Source: Acidimicrobiia bacterium
GTDB lineage: Bacteria > Actinomycetota > Acidimicrobiia > Acidimicrobiales > CAIXPF01
NCBI GenBank assembly: GCA_947476745.1
Contig: CANJRG010000016.1
Coordinates: forward strand, 15,457-79,456
Reading direction: 5' to 3'
Length of the DNA: 64,000 nucleotides
Positions 39,248-47,400 of the stretch are shown here, piece after piece (positions within the stretch are counted from its first letter, which is position 1; each line of letters starts with the position of its first letter). A model generated the notes under the pieces. It saw nothing but the letters and a program-made list of their open reading frames with translations, was not told the DNA's origin and did not search any database. The position numbers and the translations under genes were made by a program.

Positions 39248-41578
39248 TCAGCCCGACCGGGCTGCCGCAGCCGCCGCCAGTGCCGACCAGATACGGTCCG
39301 GGCTGAGAGGGAGGCGGTCGATGGCGACCCCGATCGCGTCAAGCACCGCCCCGGCCAGCACCGCAGCGGGACCGAGCGTGCCACCCTCGCCGACCCCGCG
39401 CACCCCGGTCGGGTTGTCCGCCGGATGCGAGACGTGGCCGAGGACCAGCTCCGGGATGTCCGTCGCCGTCGGCATCAGGTAGTCGAGGAGTGTCGCAGTG
39501 GTGAGGTTGCCCAGCTCGTCGTAGACCAGGTGCTCGTAGAGCGCACCGCCGATGCCCTGGGCGAGCGATCCGATGACCTGACCGGCGACGATCTGGTGGT
39601 TCACCACCCGTCCGGCGTCCTCGACGCACACCCACTCGAGGATGCGCAGCGCCCCGCTGGCCGGGTCGACCTCCACCACCGCGGCCTGTGCGCCGGCGGC
39701 AAAGGCGCCGAGCACCGGGTCGTAGAAGCGGGTGGCGTGCAAGCCCGGCTCGACCCCGGCCGGTAGCCGGTTCGACTCCAGGTAGGCGATACGGGCGAGC
39801 TCCGCCACGGTGCACAGCGGCAGGGGCGAGCCGGCGACGGACACCTTGCCTGCGGCGATGATCAGGTCGTCCGGGTTGGCCTCGTGCAGCTCGGCCGCGA
39901 GGCGCACCAGCTGTTCCCGCACGGCATCGGCGCTGAGACGGGCCGCTCCCCCGGCGATCACCGCCTGCCGGGACGAGAACGCGCCGAACCCCCACAACGC
40001 GTCCTGGGTATCGCCGTAGCGCACCTCGACGTCGTCGTAGGCCACGCCGAGCGCCTCGGCCACGACCTGGGCCAGGGTGGTCTCGAGGCCTTGGCCTTGG
40101 GAGGTGACGCCGGAGAGCACCAGCACCGTGCCGTCGGGGTTGACCCGCACGGTGCAGGCCTCGTGCCCGGTGCGGAACGGCATCCGGGGCCCGGCCGATG
40201 CGGCGCGGCCCAGGCCGGTCAGCTCGTTGTAGCAGGCGAAGCCCACCCCGATGGGCCGCTCACCGGCGGCTCGGCGCCGGGCCTGTTCGACCCGCACCTC
40301 GTCGAGGCGCAACAACGCCACCGCCTGCTCGAGGCATTCGCCGTAGTGGCCGGTGTCGTCCACCAGGTTGGTGGCCATACGGTAGGGCACGTCGTCGGGC
40401 CCGATGAGGTTGATCCGGCGGAGGTCGACCGGGTCGATGCCCAGCTCGAGCGCCGCGCTGTCGAGCACCGCCTCCATGGCGAACACCGTGGCCGGACGGG
40501 CGACCCCTCGATAGGGACCAGACGGGGCGGTGTTGGTCGTCACCCCACGCACCGTGCAGTCGTAGTGGGCGAGCTTGTAGGGCCCCATCAGCAGACCGCC
40601 GGCCATCAGCGGTTCGATGCCCGCGGTCCAGGGGTACACCGAATAGGCGCCGACGTTGCAGGTGACGTCGGCCCGCACACCCAGCAGCCGGCCGTCGCCG
40701 TCGAAGGCGGCCTCGAGTTCGTAGCGATGGTCGCGTGCATGGGTCGCCGCATGGAGATGCTCGCGACGGTCTTCCACCCACTTGACCGCGGTACCGACCA
40801 TGGCCCGCGCCGCCAGGCAGACCGCCACGTCCTCGGGGTACAGCACCGCCTTGACCCCGAACCCACCGCCCACATCGGGGGCGATGACCCGCACCTTGGA
40901 CTCGCGCAGGCCCAGCAGCTCGGCCAGCAGGTTGCGCACCAGGTGCGGCACCTGGGTGCCGTTCCACAGGGTGAGGTGCTCGTGGTCCTCCCAGCGGGCC
41001 ACCGCGGCGCGGCCTTCGAGGGGATTGCCGCCGTGGCGGTTGGTGAGCAACGTCCGTCGTACCACCACCGCCGCCGCGTCGAGCGCGGCTTCGACGTCGC
41101 CGGCCTCGAAGCGCCGCTGGAGCAGCACGTTGTCGGGTGCCACTGCGTGCACCGGGTCGCCTGGGGCCTCCCAGGCCACCACTGAGGGCCGCAACGGCAC
41201 CAGGTCCACCTCCACCAGGTCGGCCGCGTCCTCGGCCCGGTAGCGGTCCGCGGCGACCACCACGGCCAACGGCTCGCCGCTGAACCGGACCTTGTCGCGG
41301 GCCAGCACCGGCTGGTCGGTCTCGAGGTAGCCGGGCAGGGCCGACCGGGCCCGCAGTGCCACGTCGAAGCCGGGCGACGCGGCGGTGAACACCGTTGCAC
41401 CGGTAGCCTCCGCCGCGACGGTGTCGATGCCGGCGATGGTGCCGTGGGCCAGTTCACTGCGCACGAACGCCAGGTGCACCATCCCGGGCAGCTGCAGGTC
41501 GGACACGAACCGGCCGCGTCCGGTCAGCAGCCGACGGTCCTCCTTGCGCCGCACGGCGGGATGATCGTGCTCTGCCAT
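39248..41578 (-). CDS. xanthine dehydrogenase/CO dehydrogenase-family molybdopterin-binding large subunit
   Basis: RRKEDRRLLTGRGRFVSD N-terminus, a DVGGGFGVK motif, and a GPYRGVARP loop. Start at ATG 41578. Confidence 0.85.
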   Translation of the reverse strand: MAEHDHPAVRRKEDRRLLTGRGRFVSDLQLPGMVHLAFVRSELAHGTIAGIDTVAAEATGATVFTAASPGFDVALRARSALPGYLETDQPVLARDKVRFSGEPLAVVVAADRYRAEDAADLVEVDLVPLRPSVVAWEAPGDPVHAVAPDNVLLQRRFEAGDVEAALDAAAVVVRRTLLTNRHGGNPLEGRAAVARWEDHEHLTLWNGTQVPHLVRNLLAELLGLRESKVRVIAPDVGGGFGVKAVLYPEDVAVCLAARAMVGTAVKWVEDRREHLHAATHARDHRYELEAAFDGDGRLLGVRADVTCNVGAYSVYPWTAGIEPLMAGGLLMGPYKLAHYDCTVRGVTTNTAPSGPYRGVARPATVFAMEAVLDSAALELGIDPVDLRRINLIGPDDVPYRMATNLVDDTGHYGECLEQAVALLRLDEVRVEQARRRAAGERPIGVGFACYNELTGLGRAASAGPRMPFRTGHEACTVRVNPDGTVLVLSGVTSQGQGLETTLAQVVAEALGVAYDDVEVRYGDTQDALWGFGAFSSRQAVIAGGAARLSADAVREQLVRLAAELHEANPDDLIIAAGKVSVAGSPLPLCTVAELARIAYLESNRLPAGVEPGLHATRFYDPVLGAFAAGAQAAVVEVDPASGALRILEWVCVEDAGRVVNHQIVAGQVIGSLAQGIGGALYEHLVYDELGNLTTATLLDYLMPTATDIPELVLGHVSHPADNPTGVRGVGEGGTLGPAAVLAGAVLDAIGVAIDRLPLSPDRIWSALAAAAAARSG

Positions 41579-41686
41579 GGCCCGCAGGCTAACCCGCCAC
41601 CCGTCGCCCACCACGGACGCGAACGGTCCCGCGGCACGCTGCCGCGGGACCGTCCCCGACCCGACCGTGAACAATCCCGGCGCAGC

Positions 41687-42466
41687 TCAGCGCGGCGGCA
41701 TCCGGATGCCACCGTCGCAGCGGATGGTCTCGCCGTTCATGTACGGGTTGGTGATGCATTCGAGCACCATGAAGGCGAGCTCCTCAGCCGAACCGAGCCG
41801 CTTCGGGAACAGCACCGACTCGCCGAGATGGGCCTTGAACTTGTCGGCCTGCTCCCCGCTGCCGTAGATCGGGGTGTCGATCAGGCCCGGGGCGATGGTG
41901 TTCACCCGGATGCCCGACGCCGACAGGTCACGAGCGATCGGCAGGGTCATGCCCACGATTGCACCCTTGGAGGCCGAGTACGAGGCCTGGCCGATCTGGC
42001 CGTCGAAGGCCGCGGCGGATGCCATGTTCACGATCGCCCCGCGGGCGCCATCGGCATCGAGCGGCTCGGTCTTGGCCATCGCCGCGGCAGCGAGACGCAA
42101 CATGTTGAACGAGCCCAGCAGGTTGACCTTGATGACGAAGTCGAACTGGGCCTGCGGCATCGGTTCGTTGTTGCGGTCGATCGTGCGTGCGGCACGGCCG
42201 AGGCCCGCCGAGTTCACCAGCGCCCGCAGCGGGCCCATCTCGGAGGCGGCGGTGACGGCGGCGATGCCGTCCTCCTCGCTGGACACGTCGCACTTGACGA
42301 ACAGGCCGCCGATCTCCCGGGCGACCTCGGTCCCGCGGTCCTCCTGGAGATCGGCGATGACGACCTTGGCGCCGAGGGCGGCGAGCTGGCGGGCGGCGGC
42401 TTCACCGATGCCCGACGCACCGCCGGTCACGATGGCGGAGGCGCCGTTGAGGTTCATCCGGGGCAT
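41687..42466 (-). CDS. SDR oxidoreductase, 3-hydroxyacyl-CoA dehydrogenase type-2 (HSD10/FadB2x-like)
   Basis: AIVTGGASGIG, NSAG, YSASKGAIVGMTLPIARDL, and a GETIRCDGGIRMPP tail. ATG 42457 is an alternative start. Confidence 0.85.
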   Translation of the reverse strand: MPRMNLNGASAIVTGGASGIGEAAARQLAALGAKVVIADLQEDRGTEVAREIGGLFVKCDVSSEEDGIAAVTAASEMGPLRALVNSAGLGRAARTIDRNNEPMPQAQFDFVIKVNLLGSFNMLRLAAAAMAKTEPLDADGARGAIVNMASAAAFDGQIGQASYSASKGAIVGMTLPIARDLSASGIRVNTIAPGLIDTPIYGSGEQADKFKAHLGESVLFPKRLGSAEELAFMVLECITNPYMNGETIRCDGGIRMPPR

Positions 42467-42618
42467 GGGCTATCTCGTTTCTCTCGTCGGTCCGACGTCG
42501 TGCGCCGGGCACGACGGTCTGCAGGTCCACCACGGTACCGGCGCGCTCGCCGGCCGTTGCTGCGCCATGGCGCCCCCACGATAGGCGCACCGGGGCGCCG
42601 GGGTGCGTCCCGCCAGGC

Positions 42619-43557
42619 TCAGAGATAGCCGGCGGCCCCGGGTTTCGGGCGTGCCGGCACCGGACCAGCGGGGCCTTGACCGGGCGGTTCGACTTCAGTG
42701 AATCCGCCGCCGAACATCTGCTGCAGCCGCTGACGCCACTCTGTCGCGGTGTGCGACACCATCTCGACGGTGAAGCGCAGCTGCTCCGCGGTCAGGCCGT
42801 CGCCGAGCAAGGTCTCGTCGAACCAGATCGCTCGGTGCTCCACGTCGAGCGCGAAGCGACCGAACATCAGGCCGAAGTTCAACCGGGCCAGGAACAGGCC
42901 GAGCTCGGGTCCGATGGTGACCTCGCTGTTGGTCACGGCCACGACCCGGACCACGGTCATCGCCCCGGGGATCACACGGGGGACGATGATCACGGACACC
43001 TCGCCCACCCGCATCGTGTAGTCGCCGTCGGCATCGACCTGCGGTTGCCGTCCGTCGAGCTCGGCCAGCATCGGTTCGATCCGCCGACGCAGCTCCTCGA
43101 GCCGTTGCTGGGCCTCGTGGTAGGCCCGCGACGAGCCGTGCAGCACGTCGAGCGCAGCCCGCACGTCACCGCCGAGCACGTCGCGCATCACCGTCAACGC
43201 CTCGTCGAGGGCGGCGTCGAGGTCACCGACCTCCTTGGTCCACGGAACGGTCCCATCGGCCGGTGCCGGCGAGGCGAAGCCCAGCTCCCCCAGGCGGGTT
43301 CGCTGCGCCAACTCGATCGGCCGGCCCTCCTCCTGGGGAGGCACGCGCACCTCGAAGGTGTCCTGGAGGGTCCGTCCGATCTGGGTCGCAGCGAACGGTG
43401 GCATCGGCATCCCGACCGAGATGAAGTCCAACGGGGCGAGGCTCTCCACCTGCAGCCGGAGGAACGCCGCCACCGGCGCGGCGGGGCCGCGGTCGGCGGA
43501 GGACGGCTCCGCTGCGCCCACCGGTTCCACAGAGTTCACCGGTTCCACAGAGTTCAC
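42619..43557 (-). CDS. TY-Chap/YbjN-like (T3SS-chaperone-fold) protein
   Basis: The C-terminal half (DGDYTMRVGEVSVIIVP...VVRVVAVTN...GLFLARLNFGLMFGRFALDVEHRAIWFDETLL) resembles YbjN-type putative sensory/chaperone domains. Start set at GTG 43557, which overlaps the upstream stop (GTGA). Starts at 43569 or 43539 are also possible. Confidence 0.5.
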   Translation of the reverse strand: MNSVEPVNSVEPVGAAEPSSADRGPAAPVAAFLRLQVESLAPLDFISVGMPMPPFAATQIGRTLQDTFEVRVPPQEEGRPIELAQRTRLGELGFASPAPADGTVPWTKEVGDLDAALDEALTVMRDVLGGDVRAALDVLHGSSRAYHEAQQRLEELRRRIEPMLAELDGRQPQVDADGDYTMRVGEVSVIIVPRVIPGAMTVVRVVAVTNSEVTIGPELGLFLARLNFGLMFGRFALDVEHRAIWFDETLLGDGLTAEQLRFTVEMVSHTATEWRQRLQQMFGGGFTEVEPPGQGPAGPVPARPKPGAAGYL

Positions 43558-43560
43558 CGG
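43521..43560. repeat. 18-bp perfect tandem duplication (CCGGTTCCACAGAGTTCA x2.2)
   Basis: Read directly. On the minus strand each unit contains GTGA, so the duplication copies the stop/start junction of DUF35 and the TY-Chap-like gene. It encodes PVNSVE twice. Confidence 0.9.
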
Positions 43561-43976
43561 ACCCGCCACTGGGGCAGGCGGATCGCCGCACCATCCTCGG
43601 CGGTACGTTCCTCCCAGTACGCCTCGACCTCCATACCAATCCGGATGGCGTCGCAGGGAACCCCCGGGAGGTTGCCCACCACCCGCACGGCCGGGTCCTC
43701 GTCGAGGCTGACCAACACCACCGCGTAGGGCACCGAATCAGCGAGCGCCCTGTTCACCGCGTAGTGGGCGACGGTGTAGCTGAAGACGGTGCCCGTCGGG
43801 GCCAGCACGTCATGGTCGAACGCGCTCGCCCCACAGCGGTGACAGATCTCCTCGGGCGGGTGTTGCCGGGTGCTGCAGGCGATGCAGCGTTGCACGGCGA
43901 TGGACCCCGAGGTGAACCATTGCTCGTTTCGGGCATTGAGGGCGGGCAGGGCCCAGTCATCGGGAAGAACGCTCAC
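43554..43976 (-). CDS. Zn-ribbon OB-fold protein (DUF35)
   Basis: QRCIACSTRQHPPEEICHRCGAS rubredoxin-like CxxC...CxxC, then an OB-fold (GTVFSYTV...VVLVSLDE). GTG 43976 is preceded by CAGGAG; GTG 44030 is an alternative. Confidence 0.75.
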   Translation of the reverse strand: MSVLPDDWALPALNARNEQWFTSGSIAVQRCIACSTRQHPPEEICHRCGASAFDHDVLAPTGTVFSYTVAHYAVNRALADSVPYAVVLVSLDEDPAVRVVGNLPGVPCDAIRIGMEVEAYWEERTAEDGAAIRLPQWRVR

Positions 43977-44043
43977 GGCTGAACTCCTGGGAAGGCGGGC
44001 GAACAGAGGCAGGGACAGAGACAGGGGCACGGAACGCGCACGG

Positions 44044-45198
44044 TCACGCCTTCCCGAACAGGATTGCGCTACCCGGGGCGTACCCGGGCCCGGACACCGA
44101 CAGGCTCAACTCGACGTCGGGCACCTGGCAGGTCGACTCGCCGCGGACCTGGCGGACCGCTTCGACGACATTGCCGAACCCGTGGATGTAGGCCTCGCCG
44201 AGGTTTCCGCCGGCGGTGTTGATGGGCAGACCACCGTCGGGCCAGCGGATGTTTCCGTCGGCGACGAAGTCGTTCAACTCCCCCGGCTCGCAGAAGCCCA
44301 TCTCGGCGATGGCGATGAGCACCGGGCCGGTGAAGTTCTCGTAGAACTGGGCGACCCCGATGTCCTGCGGGCCGCACCCGGCCCGTTCCCACAGCTTGGT
44401 TCCGACATGGCGGTGGTAGGCGGTGGGGAACGTCGGGTCGGCGAAGGCCGCCACGCCACCACGGTGCTCGAGGCCGTGGGCACCGGCCACGATCGCCACC
44501 GGCGACTTGCGCAGGTCCCGGGCCCGTTCCTTGGTGGTGACCACGATGGCGGCCGCGCCGTCGTTCTCCGGGCAGCAGTCGTAGAGGTGGAACGGCTCGG
44601 CGATCCACCGCGACGCGTGGTACTGCTCGCGGGTCAACGGCGTCCCGTAGCGGATGGCCCGAGGGTTACGCTGGGCGTGCTCGAAGCCGGCCAGCACGAT
44701 CTCGGCGAGGCTGTCCTGGGTGATGCCGTGCTCGTGCATGTACCGCATGGTCTGCATGGCGCAGATCTGAGCCGCCGACAACATTCCGTACGGTGCGGTG
44801 AACGCCCCGGCGCCGCGAGCCCGCCGTACCCGGCCGGCCTGCCCGTAGCGGTGGAACTGGCCCTGGGCCAGGGCCCGGAAGACCACGATGGTCTCGGCAT
44901 AGCCGGCGCTGATGGCGGCATCGGCCAGGGTCACCGCCGCCGCGGCACCGTTGCCGCCGCCGCCGAAGGTCTGCGCGGTGAAGTTCAGCGGGCCGACACC
45001 GAGCGCGGCGCTGAGCCGGACCGGCTCGTTGCGGTCCATATAGCTGGTGAAGCCATCGATGTCGGCCATGGCCAGCCCGGCGTCCTCGACCGCCCGACGG
45101 ATCGCCGTGCAGGCCAGTTGGAACTCGGTGTCGGGCGACCCTCCCCGCTTGTAGTAGGTGGACTCCCCCACCCCGACGACGACTGCGGCTCCCCGCAT
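44044..45198 (-). CDS. thiolase-like (SCP-x/lipid-transfer-protein type) enzyme lacking the nucleophilic Cys
   Basis: Thiolase fold (VVVGVGESTYYKRG..., C-terminal NTAGGNLGEAYIHGFGNV). The canonical Cys position reads FGGGGNGAA. ATG 45198 is preceded by GGAGGAG. Confidence 0.8.
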   Translation of the reverse strand: MRGAAVVVGVGESTYYKRGGSPDTEFQLACTAIRRAVEDAGLAMADIDGFTSYMDRNEPVRLSAALGVGPLNFTAQTFGGGGNGAAAAVTLADAAISAGYAETIVVFRALAQGQFHRYGQAGRVRRARGAGAFTAPYGMLSAAQICAMQTMRYMHEHGITQDSLAEIVLAGFEHAQRNPRAIRYGTPLTREQYHASRWIAEPFHLYDCCPENDGAAAIVVTTKERARDLRKSPVAIVAGAHGLEHRGGVAAFADPTFPTAYHRHVGTKLWERAGCGPQDIGVAQFYENFTGPVLIAIAEMGFCEPGELNDFVADGNIRWPDGGLPINTAGGNLGEAYIHGFGNVVEAVRQVRGESTCQVPDVELSLSVSGPGYAPGSAILFGKA

Positions 45199-45331
45199 TG
45201 GCTCCTCCGATTCCCCGGTCTCGTGCGTCCCGGTCCCGGCCGTACCCGCCCAGGCGGGGTGTGCCGTGTGCACCGGCGACGATCAGCCCCTCTCTAGCAC
45301 CTCGACCCGGCCGTCGCGGTAACGTCCGCCC

Positions 45332-46513
45332 ATGACCACGGAACTGAGCGGCAAGGCCGCCATCGTCGGCATCGCCGAGAGCGAGTACTTGCGTGGGGCG
45401 GACCGCACCGTGCCGGAGCTGGTCTTCGACGTCTCGATGCGCGCCATCGCCGACGCCGGGCTGAAGCCCTCCGACATCAACGGGGTGATCCCCCCTCCCG
45501 GGTTCGTGTCGACCGAGGAGATCGCCGCCAACCTCGGCATGCCCGAGGTGACCTACTCGGTGACCGTGCACATGGGCGGCGCAAGCCCGACCGCGGCGCT
45601 GCAGAGCGCGGCGATGTCCATCGCCGCCGGCATCGCCGACTGCGTGCTGGTCACCTTCGGCTGGAACGGCTACTCGGCGATACGGCCCCGTCCCGACGCC
45701 AAGGCCACCCGGCGCAAGCTCGATCTCGGCCCGGTGCTCGAGACGGCCCGGAACTTCTACATCCCTTACGGCCTGCGTTCGGCGGCCGAGTGGTACTCGC
45801 TGTACCTGCAGCGCTACGTCGACCTCTACGACGTGCAGCCCACCGACGCCGCGGAGATCGCCCTCGCCTGCCGGGCCCACGCGCAGCTCAACGACAAGGC
45901 GCTGATGCGGGGCCGGCCCATGACCCTCGAGGATTACCTCGAATCGGCCCCGATCGCCGGACCGCTACGCAAGCTGGACTGCTGCCTGGAGACCGACTGC
46001 GCCGCCGCGGTGGTGCTGACCTCGGCGGAACGGGCCCGCGACATGCCGCACACGCCGGTGCTGTACCTCGGCGGGGCGGAGGGCCACCCCTACCCGGCCG
46101 ACGAGATCACCAACCGGCCCGAGCTGCTGCGGCTCGGGCTCGATTTCGCCGCTCCTCGTGCGTTCGCCATGGCCGGGGTGAAACCGACCGACATGGACTT
46201 CCTGCAGATCTACGACTGCTTCACCTACGTCGTGATGATGGAGCTCGAGGCGCTGGGCATCTGCGAGCGCGGCGGGGCGAAGGACTTCGTCAAGGACGGC
46301 AACATCCGTCTCGGCGGTCGCTATCCGCTCAACACCCACGGTGGCCTGCTCTCCCAGGGTCACTGCTGGGGGTTCAACCATGTCGTGGAGGCCACCCGCC
46401 AGCTCCGCCACGAGGCCGGCGCAGCGCAGGTCGAGGGCTGTGAGCTGGGTGTGGTCACCGGGTACGGCGACCTCGGCGACGGGAGCATCGCCGTGCTGGG
46501 AAGGGACCGCTGA
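45332..46513 (+). CDS. thiolase-like (SCP-x/lipid-transfer-protein type) enzyme lacking the nucleophilic Cys
   Basis: AAIVGIAESEYLRG..., C-terminal NTHGGLLSQGHCWGFNHV. The canonical Cys position reads HMGGASPTAA. Confidence 0.8.
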   Translation: MTTELSGKAAIVGIAESEYLRGADRTVPELVFDVSMRAIADAGLKPSDINGVIPPPGFVSTEEIAANLGMPEVTYSVTVHMGGASPTAALQSAAMSIAAGIADCVLVTFGWNGYSAIRPRPDAKATRRKLDLGPVLETARNFYIPYGLRSAAEWYSLYLQRYVDLYDVQPTDAAEIALACRAHAQLNDKALMRGRPMTLEDYLESAPIAGPLRKLDCCLETDCAAAVVLTSAERARDMPHTPVLYLGGAEGHPYPADEITNRPELLRLGLDFAAPRAFAMAGVKPTDMDFLQIYDCFTYVVMMELEALGICERGGAKDFVKDGNIRLGGRYPLNTHGGLLSQGHCWGFNHVVEATRQLRHEAGAAQVEGCELGVVTGYGDLGDGSIAVLGRDR

Positions 46514-46514
46514 G

Positions 46515-46925
46515 ATGGCCGGATCACCGAGGAAGTACGTCCCCGAGACCGAGGGACTGAACCAGGAGTTCTTCCTGAAGGCGGCAGGCGGCACCCTGCA
46601 CCTGCAGCGTTGCGACGACTGCGGCACCTACCGCCACCCGCCGCGGTACTACTGCCAGCACTGCTTCTCGGGGGCTTGGCACTGGGAGCCGTCGGCCGGG
46701 CTGGGCAAGGTGGCGTCGTGGGTCACGACCCACTTCACCATCGACCGGGGCTGGGTCGAGGACCTGCCGTATACCACGATCGTGGTCGAGCTCGAGGAAG
46801 GCCCGCGGCTGCTCGGCGCCATGCGCGACCTGACCGTGGAGCAGCTCGAGCTGGGAATGAAGGTAAAGGTGGTCGGCGAGACCAAGCGCGACGACTTCGT
46901 GTTCTTCTGGGTCGAAACGCAGTAA
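46515..46925 (+). CDS. Zn-ribbon OB-fold protein (DUF35)
   Basis: LQRCDDCGTYRHPPRYYCQHCFS, then an OB-fold. The ATG lies 1 nt after the thiolase-like stop. Confidence 0.8.
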   Translation: MAGSPRKYVPETEGLNQEFFLKAAGGTLHLQRCDDCGTYRHPPRYYCQHCFSGAWHWEPSAGLGKVASWVTTHFTIDRGWVEDLPYTTIVVELEEGPRLLGAMRDLTVEQLELGMKVKVVGETKRDDFVFFWVETQ

Positions 46926-47231
46926 CGCCGCCGATTCGGCGTCGGCCGTCGCGGACCCCATGAGCACCTGGCAGCGCCGCGTCGATTCGCCGGGCCGGCC
47001 GTGCGGTCTCCGGTGGGTGGGCTACTTGGTCGTGTCCGGTGGCGGAGACCGGATGGGGCTCGCCGGCCGGCAGTGATCAGCCTGTTCGTGCGGGCGGCGA
47101 ACCCGGAGTACCCGGTCGATGCGGAACCGCTCAGGGCCGGAGAGCTCGAGGCTCTCATCGACCCGGTCACCTGCCAGGGCCCCGGGCCCGGGAAGGCCCG
47201 GGAGGGCCGAGCATGGCGGGGTTGCCACATT

Positions 47232-47257
47232 GCAGCGAATCGACGTCGATTCGCTGC
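47232..47257. promoter_or_regulatory. perfect 26-bp palindrome, candidate operator
   Basis: GCAGCGAATCGACGTCGATTCGCTGC equals its own reverse complement. It lies 144 nt upstream of the acyl-CoA ligase ATG, inside a 475-bp non-coding gap. Confidence 0.6.
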
Positions 47258-47400
47258 GACGGTCCTGCGATCGCGACGGCGCACGATGCCCCAACCGACG
47301 AGGCAGCGGGCGAGGCCGGCTCACGGGCCCCGGGCGAGCATCACCGTCGCGGCGTACTGTCTGCTGCCGCCCAAGAGCCGGGCGGAAGGGGATGGACGTC

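Noticed and set aside
46926-47400. Small ORFs in the long intergenic gap (parts of 47001..47765(+), 47022..47402(-) and 46649..47284(-)) as a hidden regulator or transposase remnant
   Set aside because: The translations are Arg/Pro-rich and have no HTH, DDE or other motif I can recognise. A decayed gene cannot be excluded without a BLASTX search, so the gap is reported as a finding instead.
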